A stretch of DNA of 64,000 bases, taken from Chrysomallon squamiferum (taxonomy: Eukaryota > Animalia > Mollusca). Made by a program: the position numbers and the translations under genes. Under the pieces are notes generated by a model. That model saw nothing but the letters and a program-made list of their open reading frames with translations, did not search any database and had not been told where the DNA came from. Location: assembly GCA_012295275.1 (NCBI GenBank), contig CM022676.1, positions 1,798,001-1,862,000 of the forward strand. The letters run 5' to 3'. Each line of letters begins with the position of its first letter. Position 1 is the stretch's first letter. This document shows, in pieces, positions 27,690-42,000 of the stretch.

Positions 27690-29754
27690 GTGAGTGTTGA
27701 TTATTTAGTGTGTAACATGGGGGGAATCCACCCCCCAAAAAAACACCAGAAAAAAAATAAAAAATAAATATAAAAAACAACCCCAAAAACACATGTTATG
27801 AGAAGTCTTGTTTACAAATATATCTTCATTATGCTGTGCACACATACAGACACATAAACATCACACAGACACACAAACACATACATGTATTACATGTAAT
27901 GAATAAACATTTTAAAACATGCTGTACTATATTTTATTAATATATGCTATAACACAAACATGATACCGTCTTGACTACACTGTATACTGTATTACTCTAC
28001 ACTGTCCTATAATTAACTTTGCTACTTGAAACAGTTCATTATAATTTGCCTTGTTATATACAACACTATAAATGTTCAACAGTACATTACCATATACTAC
28101 ACTACACTATGGCACATGAACTACAACAATCGAGACTAGACTAAACATTACACTTGATTATATATCATATGCAAATATTATGTAAGTATTTAAAACTTGG
28201 GTCAATAGAAATAAATATACATGTACTGTCACAGACATTTACAAACACACACATACACACTTACTTCTCTACATACCACACAAATACATTTTTTTAAATA
28301 AAAAAGAAAGAAAAGAATCTTTATTGCAATATTAATAATTATATCTGCCAAATGCTGCCTTCTGAAACTAGTAATGGTATTAATTTAAATTTGATGAGAG
28401 ATAGAGAGAATATTAAAAATGACTGTTTAGGTCATTTTTCTTTATTACGCAGTCTAATTATTTGTTAAGTATACATATATCTGACACTTTCAGTCTGCTG
28501 AAATGTAGTTACATAAATTATCCATTACCTGTATGATTGAGTATGTGTCTGGCTCATATCATTATCAGATAAGTATATAATATTTGCCTTCAAAGATGTA
28601 TCCACACATCATGATCAAACTGCAGCATTTATGTTTTAACAATGACTTCTTTGATGAAATTCTCCCTGGATACATTTACCAGGCAGCTCTGATTTGAACA
28701 ATGCTAAGCTTGTTACTTCACACTTCTCTAAGATAATGGGAGACCAGAATCAAGATAACACACGTTATTCGACAGGGCACTGAAATAATGACCATACAAA
28801 TGGACCAGTTCTTCAGTCAACAGTGACCATCTTGTGACTAGCAGTTTAAGATAAGAGGGTAGAAATTAACCTTGTCTCATTTGTTTTCATAATGGTTAGA
28901 GTGCATGTGTTTGATATTTCACATCCATGATAAACTGGCTTGAACTATATGACTAGGTACAGCTAGTTAAACATGGAATATGAGCAATTAATATTGATAT
29001 AAACAGGTTCATAGTTACAGGAAATGAAATCTGTCTTGTTGTGATTGATAACAATACACAATAAACCAGCTTATTTTTTCTTTCTTCATATTATCATAAT
29101 ATAAGAAAAAATAAATGAAATAACAGTAACTAAATACTACACAATTAACTCCCAAGTTGCACAGATCATTTATCAAGTGAAAATAAATGCATATGAGAGC
29201 ATACAAAACTAGTTTGTCACTAATTAAAATGAGCCAGGTAAACATTAATGCATGGTTTACCTTAGCTGCATGAAAATGTAAGAAATAAACTAATTGCCAT
29301 TGGAAAGATTCAAACAACTGACTCTCTGTATTTCATTCAGTTCTGTCAGCATTAGAAGCTTAATTCACCACAACTTGATTTTTTTCACAAGATATATTAT
29401 CTTTAATATTATTTTGTAACATTATATTCAAGTACTTATTGGTCTTAATATTAATTCCATTGATTTTTTCATTACTGTGATTGATCAGATGAAACTGACT
29501 CCTAATACCTGGCTTACTCCCCGTTGAAGACTGACAGAGCTCTTGGTTCTAAATTCTAGAAAATGTCATAAATTTATAGATTTGTTTCCCTTACAGTATC
29601 ACAATATGAAGAGTTCTTTAGGTAATAATCACAAATAATTACAATAACAATAATAATAGTTTTAGTAATATTAGTAATACTAATTGTAATATTAATCATT
29701 ATTGTTTGTAGAGTAATAGTAGAAATAGGTGATTAGTAAATGGTAAAGATATAG

Positions 29755-29934
29755 CAGTGACATGCAGAGGGATGGGCCAATGGGCATCCAGATTGGGGGG
29801 GGGGGCATCCAGTCAGAGATAAGAACTTAATAAATTGATTGATTTATATTTAAACAGAATATTTTACTTAAGTGTCTTTGGGGCATACAATCAAGGAGTT
29901 GGCCCCAGCCATCACCGTTCTCTGCATGCCACTG
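29755..29934. mobile_element. hAT-type MITE, 180 bp
   Basis: TIRs CAGTGACATGCAGAG / CTCTGCATGCCACTG (14/15 match) and a perfect 8-bp TSD AGATATAG at 29747-29754 and 29935-29942. Confidence 0.92.
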
Positions 29935-30399
29935 AGATATAGCAGCAGAAGCATATCTTTAAAAAAAGTAGTAACAACATGAACACATGATCACTTATTT
30001 ACTTAAGTATGTCATTAAATAGTTAAGTAATTCATAACATACAAATTATATGGTTAGTTTCTAGGTCTGATGATGATGGAAATATTTAGTTTGTATTTTA
30101 ATTTACTCTCTCTCTCTCTCTCTCTCTGTAACAAAAACATGAACACAGGTATACGTGCTTTGTTTTGATGATTAGGTGATATTTAAAAAAAAAAAAAAGA
30201 GAAATTGGTATTTTCAAGAACATTCATTCATTCAGTTATTCATTTGTTCTTTCATTCATTTATTCCTGCCTTTATATTTACAAGTCTTAATGGTGTATCC
30301 AGATTGTTAACAACAAACAATATTAAGAAAATAGAAAAAAATATTAAAAATAAAAAATATAAAATAAATAAAATATTAAAATAAAATAAAATAAAATAA

Positions 30400-30471
<72 letters not shown>

Positions 30472-31085
30472 AATAAATAAATAAATAAAATAAAAAAGAA
30501 CAACATAGACCAAAGAGATTTTAAAACTGATTTCTAAATGTTGTTTCTATCAAGGAAAAGCTCTGGATTTAATTCTATAATCATCTAAGTGTCAATAACA
30601 AAAACTTGGCTATTGAATTCTAAACCCTGACAAAAGCAGAATGTAATAAACTGACTGTATAATTTACAGTTCAAAGCATGTTTTGTTAATTTATATAACC
30701 TGAGTTAAAGCTAACATAAAATATTAAATGCAGTGATAAAATTTATATTTAGAAATACTAATCAGTTCCCTGTGGACAAATAAATAAATACAAATAATTA
30801 ATAATAAAACAGCATAATTTTCTTAAATATTTGATTATTTATTGTTTATTTTGTAAAAAATAAAAAATATATATATATATATATATATATATGATTATTA
30901 AATGAATAGATCTTTAAAAAAATAAAGAATTAAAAAAAATAATAAAATAAAAAAACTGAAAGGAAAATGAATTATAAATCTGCCACAGATAATAATATTA
31001 CACGTTTTGAATGCACAAAACATTCAGAGTAAATCAATTAATTTTCAAACTGCATGTATGTAAATGGGGTTTCACAATCGATGAC

Positions 31086-31357
31086 CCGGAAGTGATCGAT
31101 GACATCTTATTCTCATTCCTGTGCAAACCCTCATAAACAGGTGGCTTTTACGAAAATTAAGGAAAATAAAATAAATACAGTTTAATGGAAACTATACCAT
31201 TATGTTATAACAACAAGAAAGAATATTATAGTGTCTTAAATTATTAAAGGTATTTCCGATGTTGACGTTTCTTCGATATTGGCGTTTAAGATAATTTATT
31301 TACAAAATGGAGTCGCATCGTCGGAAATACATGTCTGCTGTGGCAGATTAACAACAG
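31086..31357 (+). promoter_or_regulatory. Putative internal Dixin promoter and leader exon with a short ORF
   Basis: ETS-type CCGGAAGTG at 31086-31094; YY1-like AAAATGGAG at ~31304; ORF 31307-31351 (MESHRRKYMSAVAD*) followed by the donor CAG|GTGTTA at 31357. Confidence 0.4.
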
Positions 31358-32049
31358 GTGTTAACTGTGCTAATCAGTCAAGCTAAACGAAGTGACAGAC
31401 GAACAACATATTGTGCATGGAAATTATTATTTCATAAACTCGTTCAGTTTTGTTTTCAGATAGCATAAACATTTTTATAATGTATGTCGCGGTTAAGGTG
31501 TTGCAATTAAATCGATGTTCCAGTAATTTCGTGATAAGCTTACGACTCTGAAAATTTTTATAATAATTTATGCCATTGTCATAATTACACATTAAATGTT
31601 CACTCATATATATGATGAAATTTTAAGTATTTAAATCTTGATATTTTTGAAATGTAGGTTTTCCTTAAAGTGTTGTAGACAGGATTGATAGTATTATAAT
31701 TATATTTCAATAAATCATCGATTTCAGTATTAATTCTATTTTTTCCATAACTAACTGTCAATTATTTTCTATTTGAAAACTGATGTCATTTTTTTTTTCA
31801 GTTTTTTGTTTAGACTTTTTGTTTTAGGTGTCTTCAGATACTAAAAAATTAGTTTGTAGCTTTTAAACTAAATATTTAGTGTTCTACTGCAGCTATTAGA
31901 TAGACTGATTAAACCAGATTGTGTGACTAGTTTATCAAAATTATCAAACAATCATTTCAAAGAACAATGTGAACGAGCAACATTTAAATACAGGCAGGTA
32001 ATTTTGAACTATGAGAAAGTAAAATCTGATATTTAAATGGAATCGGAGA

Positions 32050-32144
32050 ATGTCTGACACAGGAAGTCCTATTAAAAGTGTTTCTAACAGTCTGTCCAGC
32101 ACACCTGACGAAACTTCACATGCATGGATGGAGTGGCAGGTGAG

Positions 32145-32186
<42 letters not shown>

Positions 32187-33669
32187 TTTGTGAAAAGAGT
32201 GTTGGTTTGTATGTATATATGTTTGTTGTGTGTGAGAGTGGGAGAAAGTGTTTTTTTGTGTGTATGCATTTGTGTGTGTAAGAATGTATGTGTATTTCTG
32301 TAGATTTATATATGTAATGTGTTTGTGTGTGTTTGGTATTTGGTTGAGAATGTATTTGTATTTCTGTATGTGTAAATGTATGTGAGTGTGTATTTCTGTA
32401 TGTGTATATATATCTGTGTGAAAATGTATGTGAGTATAACTATATGTGTCTGTATGTGTGTATGTGTTTGAGAGCATATTGTTTTTGCTTTGCATATGTG
32501 TGCATCATTATATATGTATTTGTTTTTTTTAAATGTGTATGTGTGTGAATATTATCTTTGTTTCAGTGTTGTACATGTTTATGTTTTTGTCATGTATATA
32601 TCTATATATACATTTGTATGTATCTCTGTTTACTCATCTATACATGCAGACATGCATGTTTATAATAGATCATTAGAGGTGTATTTACACACATGCATGA
32701 ATATGTGTGTGTGGGGTTTATATGGGTATATATTCTTTGGTTTATCTTGGGTATGTATTTTAAGAAACATATTGTATAATAATGCTATAGATTTGTTGCT
32801 AGAAGTAGAATGCAAATTGAATTCCTCCTTGTTATTGATTATTTAATATATACTTGAAATATTAAACTGAACCCTTTAAAAAAGCATAAATAAATAAATA
32901 AATAAATAAATAAAACAAAATAATACAAATAAAATACAAATAAATACCAAAATATTCTAATATAAAATATCTGATATAAAAGCCATTCAGAAATGATACA
33001 ACATAAAGGAGGGAATAAGAAAAAAACAATAATTACACATTAAAAGAAATAATATAAAATAAAAACAATATTCATAATGCAGTTTTTTCTTTGTTTGAAA
33101 CAACTGTTAGTAACATTTTTCTGTTCTTGTGAAATAAGATAACCATTATGACTAATACAGTATGTTGAAACATGAAAGCTTTACATTTCCGGCTAAAGTG
33201 TGAGTTTCCTATAAACCAAGCATCCGGATCTTTTAAACTTGTTACTGACCAGTTCTAAACAGCATACAACATTTAGGATTTGAAATTCATGTGTCTTCTG
33301 TGATGTTCAGCTGTAGTTATTATTTTTAATGTGGAATTAGTTTTGGGTTTGGAATAATTATTATCTTTTAAACTTCTTACTAACTGGTTCTGCATTCATT
33401 GTTAGAGTGTTATAAAATATTAATTATTTTTGTGGGTGGAAACTGAGATTTATAAATCAGAGAGTACATCATGTCTGATGACTTTCTGCAGTTTATGTAT
33501 TCCATGCCTGTTTGTGCTGGTGAGGATTTGGAACAAGGCAGTAAAGCTGATGTTGTGTTTCAAGTAAGTTTGTAATTTAACACAAATTACAATAAAAACA
33601 GACAGAGAAAAAGAATCATGGACAGAAAATATAGCTACAGATTGAGATAGAACATATTGATGAAGAAAG

Positions 33670-33747
<78 letters not shown>

Positions 33748-34167
33748 GGAAAAATAGTTTGTGTAGAAACTGAACAGATGTCCATATACCAGATGTTGTT
33801 TATTGTATAAAAATGAAATGTATGTAAAATACAAATATTAGACATTAAACATTTCAGTTTTTAAAAACTCAGTCTTGTTCTTATAATCAATAATTTCTTT
33901 ATAATTAGTAAGATGTTGCCTAACAGAAATTTTTGCTCTTTTTTTTGGGACGATTCATAGTGAAGTATAGAGAATATTAAAACTCTGAGATATTATTTGA
34001 TATGCATATATCTTTTTTGTAGTTGATCCTCTATAGTGTGTGCACATGAACATGCATACACACACACAAGACACATATGCAAATACAAACACATTCAAAT
34101 GTATGTGCCTATGCACATTGATATCAGCATACATAGATAGGTGTGTGTGTGTGTGTAGCTATTTATT

Positions 34168-34204
<37 letters not shown>

Positions 34205-35828
34205 CATACATGTATAGAAGAAAAAAGCACCCCCCACACTAACACAGACACACCCACCCACCCATGCAGATACATAAACAGACATATGTATACAAATGCA
34301 GACATACATAAATTGAAACACGATATCAGAAGATTTTGAAATTAAAAATTAATTATAATTTCTGACATTGAGGAGTAAAACGTAATTTTATAAGCTGGAA
34401 ATTATTAGGCAGTTTTAATTTAATAACAGAATAAAACACACCAAATTATATTACTCTGTAGATATATATATATATATATATATATATTTTATATAAAAAA
34501 CATTTATTTTTTTGATCGTAAAGTATTTTGTTGTTTGACAGCTGTTGGTTTTTGTTTCAGCAACAGTTAAAAGCATATGTGGACTGGTTGAATTCACAAC
34601 TAAAGAAGAAACCAGGAGCTAGGCTTGTAGAAGATCTCAGAAATGATGTCAAGGATGGAGTTGCTCTTATTGAACTTATTGAAGTTGTTGGTATGTCTGA
34701 AATATCCTATATCTAACTTTTTTGACAGGGTGTTTTCCAATTTTTGACAAGGAGAACAAATTTGTTTCGTGTTTATAACCTTTCCCACACAAGAACAGCT
34801 AAGACCAATTAAAATACTTTAAGATAAAATCAAAGTTTTCGTGTTACGTATAAAATCAGGTTCTTTGTAAGTCATAGTTATTCTTGGCTGCATTATGGAT
34901 TAAATTACCGTTTTTTTATCACCAGCTTGGATTTTTTATCTTACCCTATCACATATTATTATTATTATTTTTGTTATCATTATTGTTATCCTTATAATAT
35001 TATTATTATTATTATTATCATCATCATCTTACATATTATTTGCTTACATACTACTACTGCTATTCTACTATTACTATACTATTGCTACTGCTGTTGTTAC
35101 TGCTACTATTATTATTATTATTATTATTACTGCTATTATTAATGCTGCTACTACTGTTGTTAATACTACTACTACTATTACAAGTACTATTAATACTATT
35201 ACTGCTTCTACTATTGATACTGCTGTTATTACTGTTACTACTACTGCTATTACTGTTACTACTACTGCTATTTACTACTGTTACTAATACTATTATTACT
35301 ACTACTAGTGCTACTACAACAAGTACTACTATTACTATTACTATCTCTTTCAGCGGGAGAAAAATTGGTTGGTTATAATGAGGCCCCTGCAAACCAGAGT
35401 GAAATGAAAGAGAACATTGAAAGAGTTATTCAGTTCATGGCCACCAACAGAATCAGAATGCATCACATAAGTGCAAAAGGTTTATTCTTTGTATTTTTCT
35501 TATGACTAATTTTTCAAATGATAATGTGTGACTTCGCATCTATTATTATGTGTGTGTGTGTGTGTTAAAACCACTAGTTTAAATTAATGAAATAATATTA
35601 TGTATATTTATTAAAATATGTTTTAAACTTGCAGACATAGTGGAGGGTAATCTGAAAGCCATAATGCGACTCATTCTTGCTCTGGCTGCCCATTTTAAAC
35701 CAAAAAGTGTGAAACATTCAGCGCATCAGCAGATACGAGCTGAAAGAAACGCTAACATCTCAGGAATAGCACAGGTGGATTATTGTTTGAGTTATATATA
35801 CATACACATATACACATACATACATACA

Positions 35829-35860
<32 letters not shown>

Positions 35861-36078
35861 CACACATACATACATACATATACATACATACATACATACA
35901 TACATACATACATACATACACACACACATACACACACATATACACACATATACACATATACACATATATACATACATACATACATACATACACACATACA
36001 TATACACATATACACATATACATACATACATACATACATACACACATACATATACACATATACACATACACATATACA

Positions 36079-36110
<32 letters not shown>

Positions 36111-38997
36111 CATACATATACACATACACACATACACATATATACATACACATATATACATACACATATACACAGATACATACATACATACACACATCCA
36201 TACATATACACATATACACATACACACATACACATACACATACACATATATACATACATACATACATACATAGTAAACCAAATTTCTTTCTGTTCTGTAG
36301 ACTATAAACCACATGGGTTGAATCTATATTTGAATAATCACATTCATAAAAATTCCTCCATCATCTGCAGAGCATAAACTACATTGATGGATATACATTT
36401 TTGATTCCTCAATGTTTTACAGATCATAAACAAAACTTTGGCAGATGGACTATTAAAATAAAGTTTATTCTTTGTTACTTAAATTCTTCCTCTTTTCAGG
36501 AAGCCTCAGCAGCTTTGGCAGACGCACTTTTGAAACAAATATGATTAGAATATTCTATATGTAAATTCCTCCTTGTTTCAGGAAGCATCAGCAGCTTTGG
36601 CAGATGCATTTGAAACAAATATGATTAGAATATTTTTGTTATGTAAATTCCTCCTTGTTTCAGGGAGCATCAGCAGCTTTGGCAGATGCTCGTAGACATG
36701 CTTCAAGAGCTGGTAACAGATTCAGGCGAAACCGGGACGCAGCAGTGAGTCAAAGAAGGTAGATGTTATATTTACTATTTAGTCTTGTTAACGAAGCCAC
36801 AGTTAATGTCCTATTATGTCTGGCATGGCTTTGTGAATGTTTTTAATCACATTTGTGTACTGTCATTAATCATAATGAAAAGTCCTAAAAGAAAGGTTAG
36901 ATGATAAAATAATTTATTGAGATATTGAAAATTTAATTTGGAAATATTTACCAAAAAATTATAGAAGTTGTTACTTGATCTGAAATATTGATTAGTTTAA
37001 TTATAAAGTTACACAAGGTTAAAATAGTAAAGTATTTGTACAGAAACCTTGATCTGTTTAGATGTGATAGATCCATAGTAGTTCACACACACACAAGCAC
37101 ACACACACACATTGATGAGAAAATAAATGCACTAAACTATATAAAATTTATTATCATTTTGATTGTGATTAACCAACAGTTACAATAATTTTCAGGTTAA
37201 ATAAACACATTTGTATAATTTCTTTTTTAACCACAATGAACACTACCAATTAAATATAGTCTCCTATATAAATCTAAATAAATAAAAAAAAAAAAAAAAA
37301 AAAACAAGACCCATAACATTCAGGTAGATTGATGAATAAAAAAATAGTTTTATAGTATTTATCATTAAAATTAATTATATTCAGTTAAATTTATCATTAA
37401 TCAAAAAACTTTATTATTATTATTTATAAAATGTTTTGCTTGTACTCATTGTTATAAATGCATGAATGAATGCCCACATTACAGCATTAATTCTACTTGT
37501 AGTACACACATACTTATAAATACTTTTTTCTTTAAATATTTTTTTTCTTCTAGGAAACAAATAAGTCCAGAATATGATGAAACAACAAGTAAAGTGTATG
37601 TGTTATGTTTATAAGTTGTAATCCATGGATTTTGGTTTTATTATTTTTGTTTTTGTTTTTGTTTCCAGCTTCATATCTGTTCATTATACTTTGAAAAAAA
37701 TTATAATATACCTTTTCTCCCTTTTTTCAAAACCTCAACTGCATTTACAGACAATTAATTTTATTTTCATGTCTAATTAGAAACTTTTAATTAGTTTTTA
37801 TTTTATATTTATTTATTTATTTATTTATTTACCTTCCCACCCCTTCCTAAGTCTCAGCTGCTTCTGAACACCTTTCATTTTCATATCTAAGAAAATTATA
37901 CAATGTTAATTAGTTTTTATTCAGATATTTCATTATTATTATTTTTTTAAAAAAAATAATAATCAGTTTTTCCCATTTCTTCAAATACAGATATTGTCAT
38001 ACATATTTTATTTTAATTTTATGTGTAAGAATAATTTTAATTAGTATTTATTTACTTTGATTTGTTTCTTTTTTTTCTCTTTTCAAAAAAAAAAAAAAAA
38101 AATAAAATAAAATAAAATAAAATAATCATCTTCTCCCTTTTCTTCAGATTAAAATAGTCTTGGACATATTTTGTTTTAATTTCATGTGTTCTGTATGACT
38201 GGTTTAATTAAGTCCATTGTATGGACTGTTGTGTACAGGAAGGTCCATTTAAAAGCTACCTTGCTGCTGAATAAGTGTTTACAAAGGAATAATATCAGAG
38301 GAATTCTTTTGATATTAAAAAATGGATTTTTTGACAACCTACAAATTGACACTATTAAAATATAATGTCACAAGTCATTCATTCATTCATTCATTTAGTC
38401 AGTCAGTGATATATTTATTCCTTTCCAAGAGAATATGTATGTTAACATTTATATTAGTTTACTTTTATTTCTCATTTTCTCCATTTCTAGAAACATTTTC
38501 CACATTACTTTTTGTCTTTTCCCCACATTCTAGTTTGTTTTGAGACACTTTATTTTTAGTGTATAGCTTGAAATGTGGTGTAGTTTAATTATAAAGTTTA
38601 CATATCATATTATAACTTTAAAAAAAAAAAAAAAAAAGAAAAAAAAAAACAGGTGTAGAACTATTGCTTATATTTATTTAAAGTGTATGTTTTATGGTAA
38701 GAAAACATAATCTCAATATATTCTGTATATTTCCAAATAATGGTTTATTGTTTTTGCTGTCTGGTCTTAATTAAAAGTGAAGCAAAACATCAGAACTGTT
38801 CAATTTTAAAAATCTGAGCACTGCTGTTTTTCTGTACACTTGTAAAAAATGCTTGCAAATTAACAGACTGCAGTAAAGTTTCTTCTTGTGTTGTGAAAAG
38901 AAAATACAGCAGTCAGTTTGCCAATTATGTACTGACTTCACAACAGGATTTAAAACTTTTATACACTGTTACTTTATCATGTTTTGTTAGAAGTAAT

Positions 38998-39075
<78 letters not shown>

Positions 39076-42000
39076 CCTCTTTCTCTGTCAGTGTATTATA
39101 TTTCCATGTGTCACTACCTCATTCTATCCTTTCTTTTTCACCCTCTCTATCTTGTTCAGTCTTACTGTCTCTGTCTCACTTTGATTCTCTTCAAATTATT
39201 ATTAGAAAATTATATAATTATTTGTATGTATGAAAAATGTATTAAGACATTGATGGTCATATTTTAAATTTGTTTCACGTACCTCATATATACACTTTAA
39301 AGATAACAATTAATTTATTTATTTATTACTTTTATTACTTACTTGGGCTTTTGTTTCAGAATTTTAATCCTAAATTTAGGTTTTGAGAAGAAAGAAAGAA
39401 ATATATTGAAGATATAGAATAATAATTTAAAATAATATTTATAATACTTCTTCAATGAAGTCACTACCCAGTAGTATTACAAAATAATACTCAGTTTCAA
39501 ACTTTGTCTTAAATTGAACATCAGTAAGTGTTCTTTTTAATTTTTATTTGATTTTCAAAAATGATATGAAACTGGAAACATAAACTTATTTCTGCATTTT
39601 GCTTTTTAGGGTTTTTTTTTATCTGTTTTTTATTTTATTATTATGTATTTTTCACTTATTTAAAGTTTAAAATTTTTGTTTCTTTGCTGGCTTCTGTTTC
39701 ATTTCTTAATGCTGGGGTTATTAATTTTGTTTGCTTTTTTTGTTGTTATTATTATTTTTATTATAATTGTTTCCATTTGTTCCACATGACTCTATTTAAA
39801 GTGTACTGGTATTGGTGTGAACAAATTGTCTAAAATACCTTTTGAATACTTACAGGTGCAATCTTTACTAGTAATAAAGTATGATCATGATATAAATAAC
39901 CTATAAGGACGATGGACAGCAGCTGCCATTTATTTCTTTATTTTTAATTTCATACAGAAATTCAGTAAATAATCTATGTAAAAGAGATATGGCACTTTTG
40001 CATTTTATTGACTGAAAATAAAGAAAAAATATAAAAATAAGTAATGTTATAATTGTCAAAATAGATATCTATCAGTTATAGTAAATAATAGTTTTCTTGA
40101 AACTTTTTCTTCTTTTTTTTTTTTTTTTTTTGTTTTGTAATTTATATAATTTGATGGGTTAAATTGAAATCTCCAAGCATTTCATTTGGTTTTCAAAGCT
40201 ATCTGTACCATCATATTTATTATTAGCAGAACTTTAATTACAAGAACCGTATTTAAAATGCTTTAGACTTTCTGTTCATACCAACAAAGGAACACTTTAT
40301 AAAAAATTTGCTGATGCTTTGGTAAAGCTGATGTTTTAAGAAAGAATAATAGCTTTTGTGAAAATAAAACATAATAAAAATATCCCCCTCCCAAAAAGGA
40401 TTTTTACTGTTAGAACAGAAAAACAATGAAATACAGAAGTCACATAGAAGTAAAGATTTTATTCTTTTTCTTTATAATTTTAACATATTTTTTTATTTTT
40501 TCTGTTCATGCCAGAGTATGTTACAATTTTATTATTCATTTATATTAAAAAATGCATGCAAATTAACAGATGCTGCACTAGTTATAATTTTTAGTTTATT
40601 TTAAAAATAATTAACCTTCAGATTACAGTGAAGAGATAAAAAAAAATATATTAGCAGAGTTAGCATGCTCAAGTTATAAAAAAATTATTTATAACAAAAA
40701 TAAAACCCATAAAACAATAAATATTTGATATAACTATTTATCAGCATTAATATGTTAACAGTTCTGCTGCTTAAAATGTTTATGCAACATTATTAAAATG
40801 AAAAAAAAAATAATTATTTTGACATTATTAGATCTTTGTATAACAACGTCCATTTTAAAATTGATAATTTCATTTTAAACCATAGTTTCAACATGCTTTT
40901 AAAATAAACACATCTAATCAGCTGTACTTAAGAATAATATTTTCACTTAATATTTGCAAACAGAAATAGTGTGCATGGAAGAACAACACAATCAGCTTAT
41001 TTTTTTAAATACTAGTTTAACATTTCTGATTTCTTTCTTTTGGTTAGCTATGTGTCAGAATATTAGAGTGATTCATTAAACTATATTCTGTGTATTGAAT
41101 TACCAATTGTACTATATATTTTATATATTTTGAATAATAAACTGAGTATTAAAAACCTTTCTCAGCATGGAATTGGCAAATATTTACAGCTGGTATATAA
41201 GGGGTTTATTTTATACAAGGAAACAGAAAGAGGTCTGTTCATTTTGATGATGATAATAATGGTGAGATGAAAAGATGATGATTATAATTTGATAATGATG
41301 GTGATGGTAATGATGATGATAAGAAATGTTTTGCCTTACGTTTTATTGTGAATTGAATGATTATGATTTTGAATTTGCAAAGACACAACATTGTGATGTT
41401 AGTAAAAGCCAGACAGAGGTATTTTCAAGTTGGATTAAAGTCCCAAAAGCATTCAAAAATAATATTAGAAAATGAAAAACTAATAACTACAACAGCAACT
41501 ACAACCATTAAGGTTCTTCTCACTGAAATGATTATTCACTATGTCTTAATTTTATTTTAGTATTTGCTTTTAATGCTTATTATTATTATTATTATTTATA
41601 TTTTGCTACAAGAAAAACACTACTAAGATAATGAACAAATAGATAAATGAAGATCATAACAAAGGAAAGAATAGTTTAAATTCTTACCTGTGTACTAGTG
41701 AAATAATTCATTCACTTTTCATATTACTCATTTAAACTAGACATTTTGAAATAGTTAATACTAGACAAAAGGCTGCATTTATTTTAATTTTACATTACTG
41801 AAACCTATTCTCAAAATTATTTTATAGCATTATTGTGTAATATTTTTATTTTAATACAATATTTTTAAATTAAAATAAAGGTACTTTATCAGCAAGTTCT
41901 GATGTTATGTTTGTTTACACTGGTTCTCAAATTTACAGATTATAAAATCATTTGTTATTCATAATTTTTGCTTTGTTCCAGTGGGGTTTTTGTTGTTGTT

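Noticed and set aside
35752-36377. Long His/Thr/Tyr- and Cys/Val/Met-rich ORFs
   Set aside because: Translations of an intronic (ATAC)n microsatellite; the same applies to the poly-L, poly-Y, poly-T, ER/SL and CV ORFs elsewhere.
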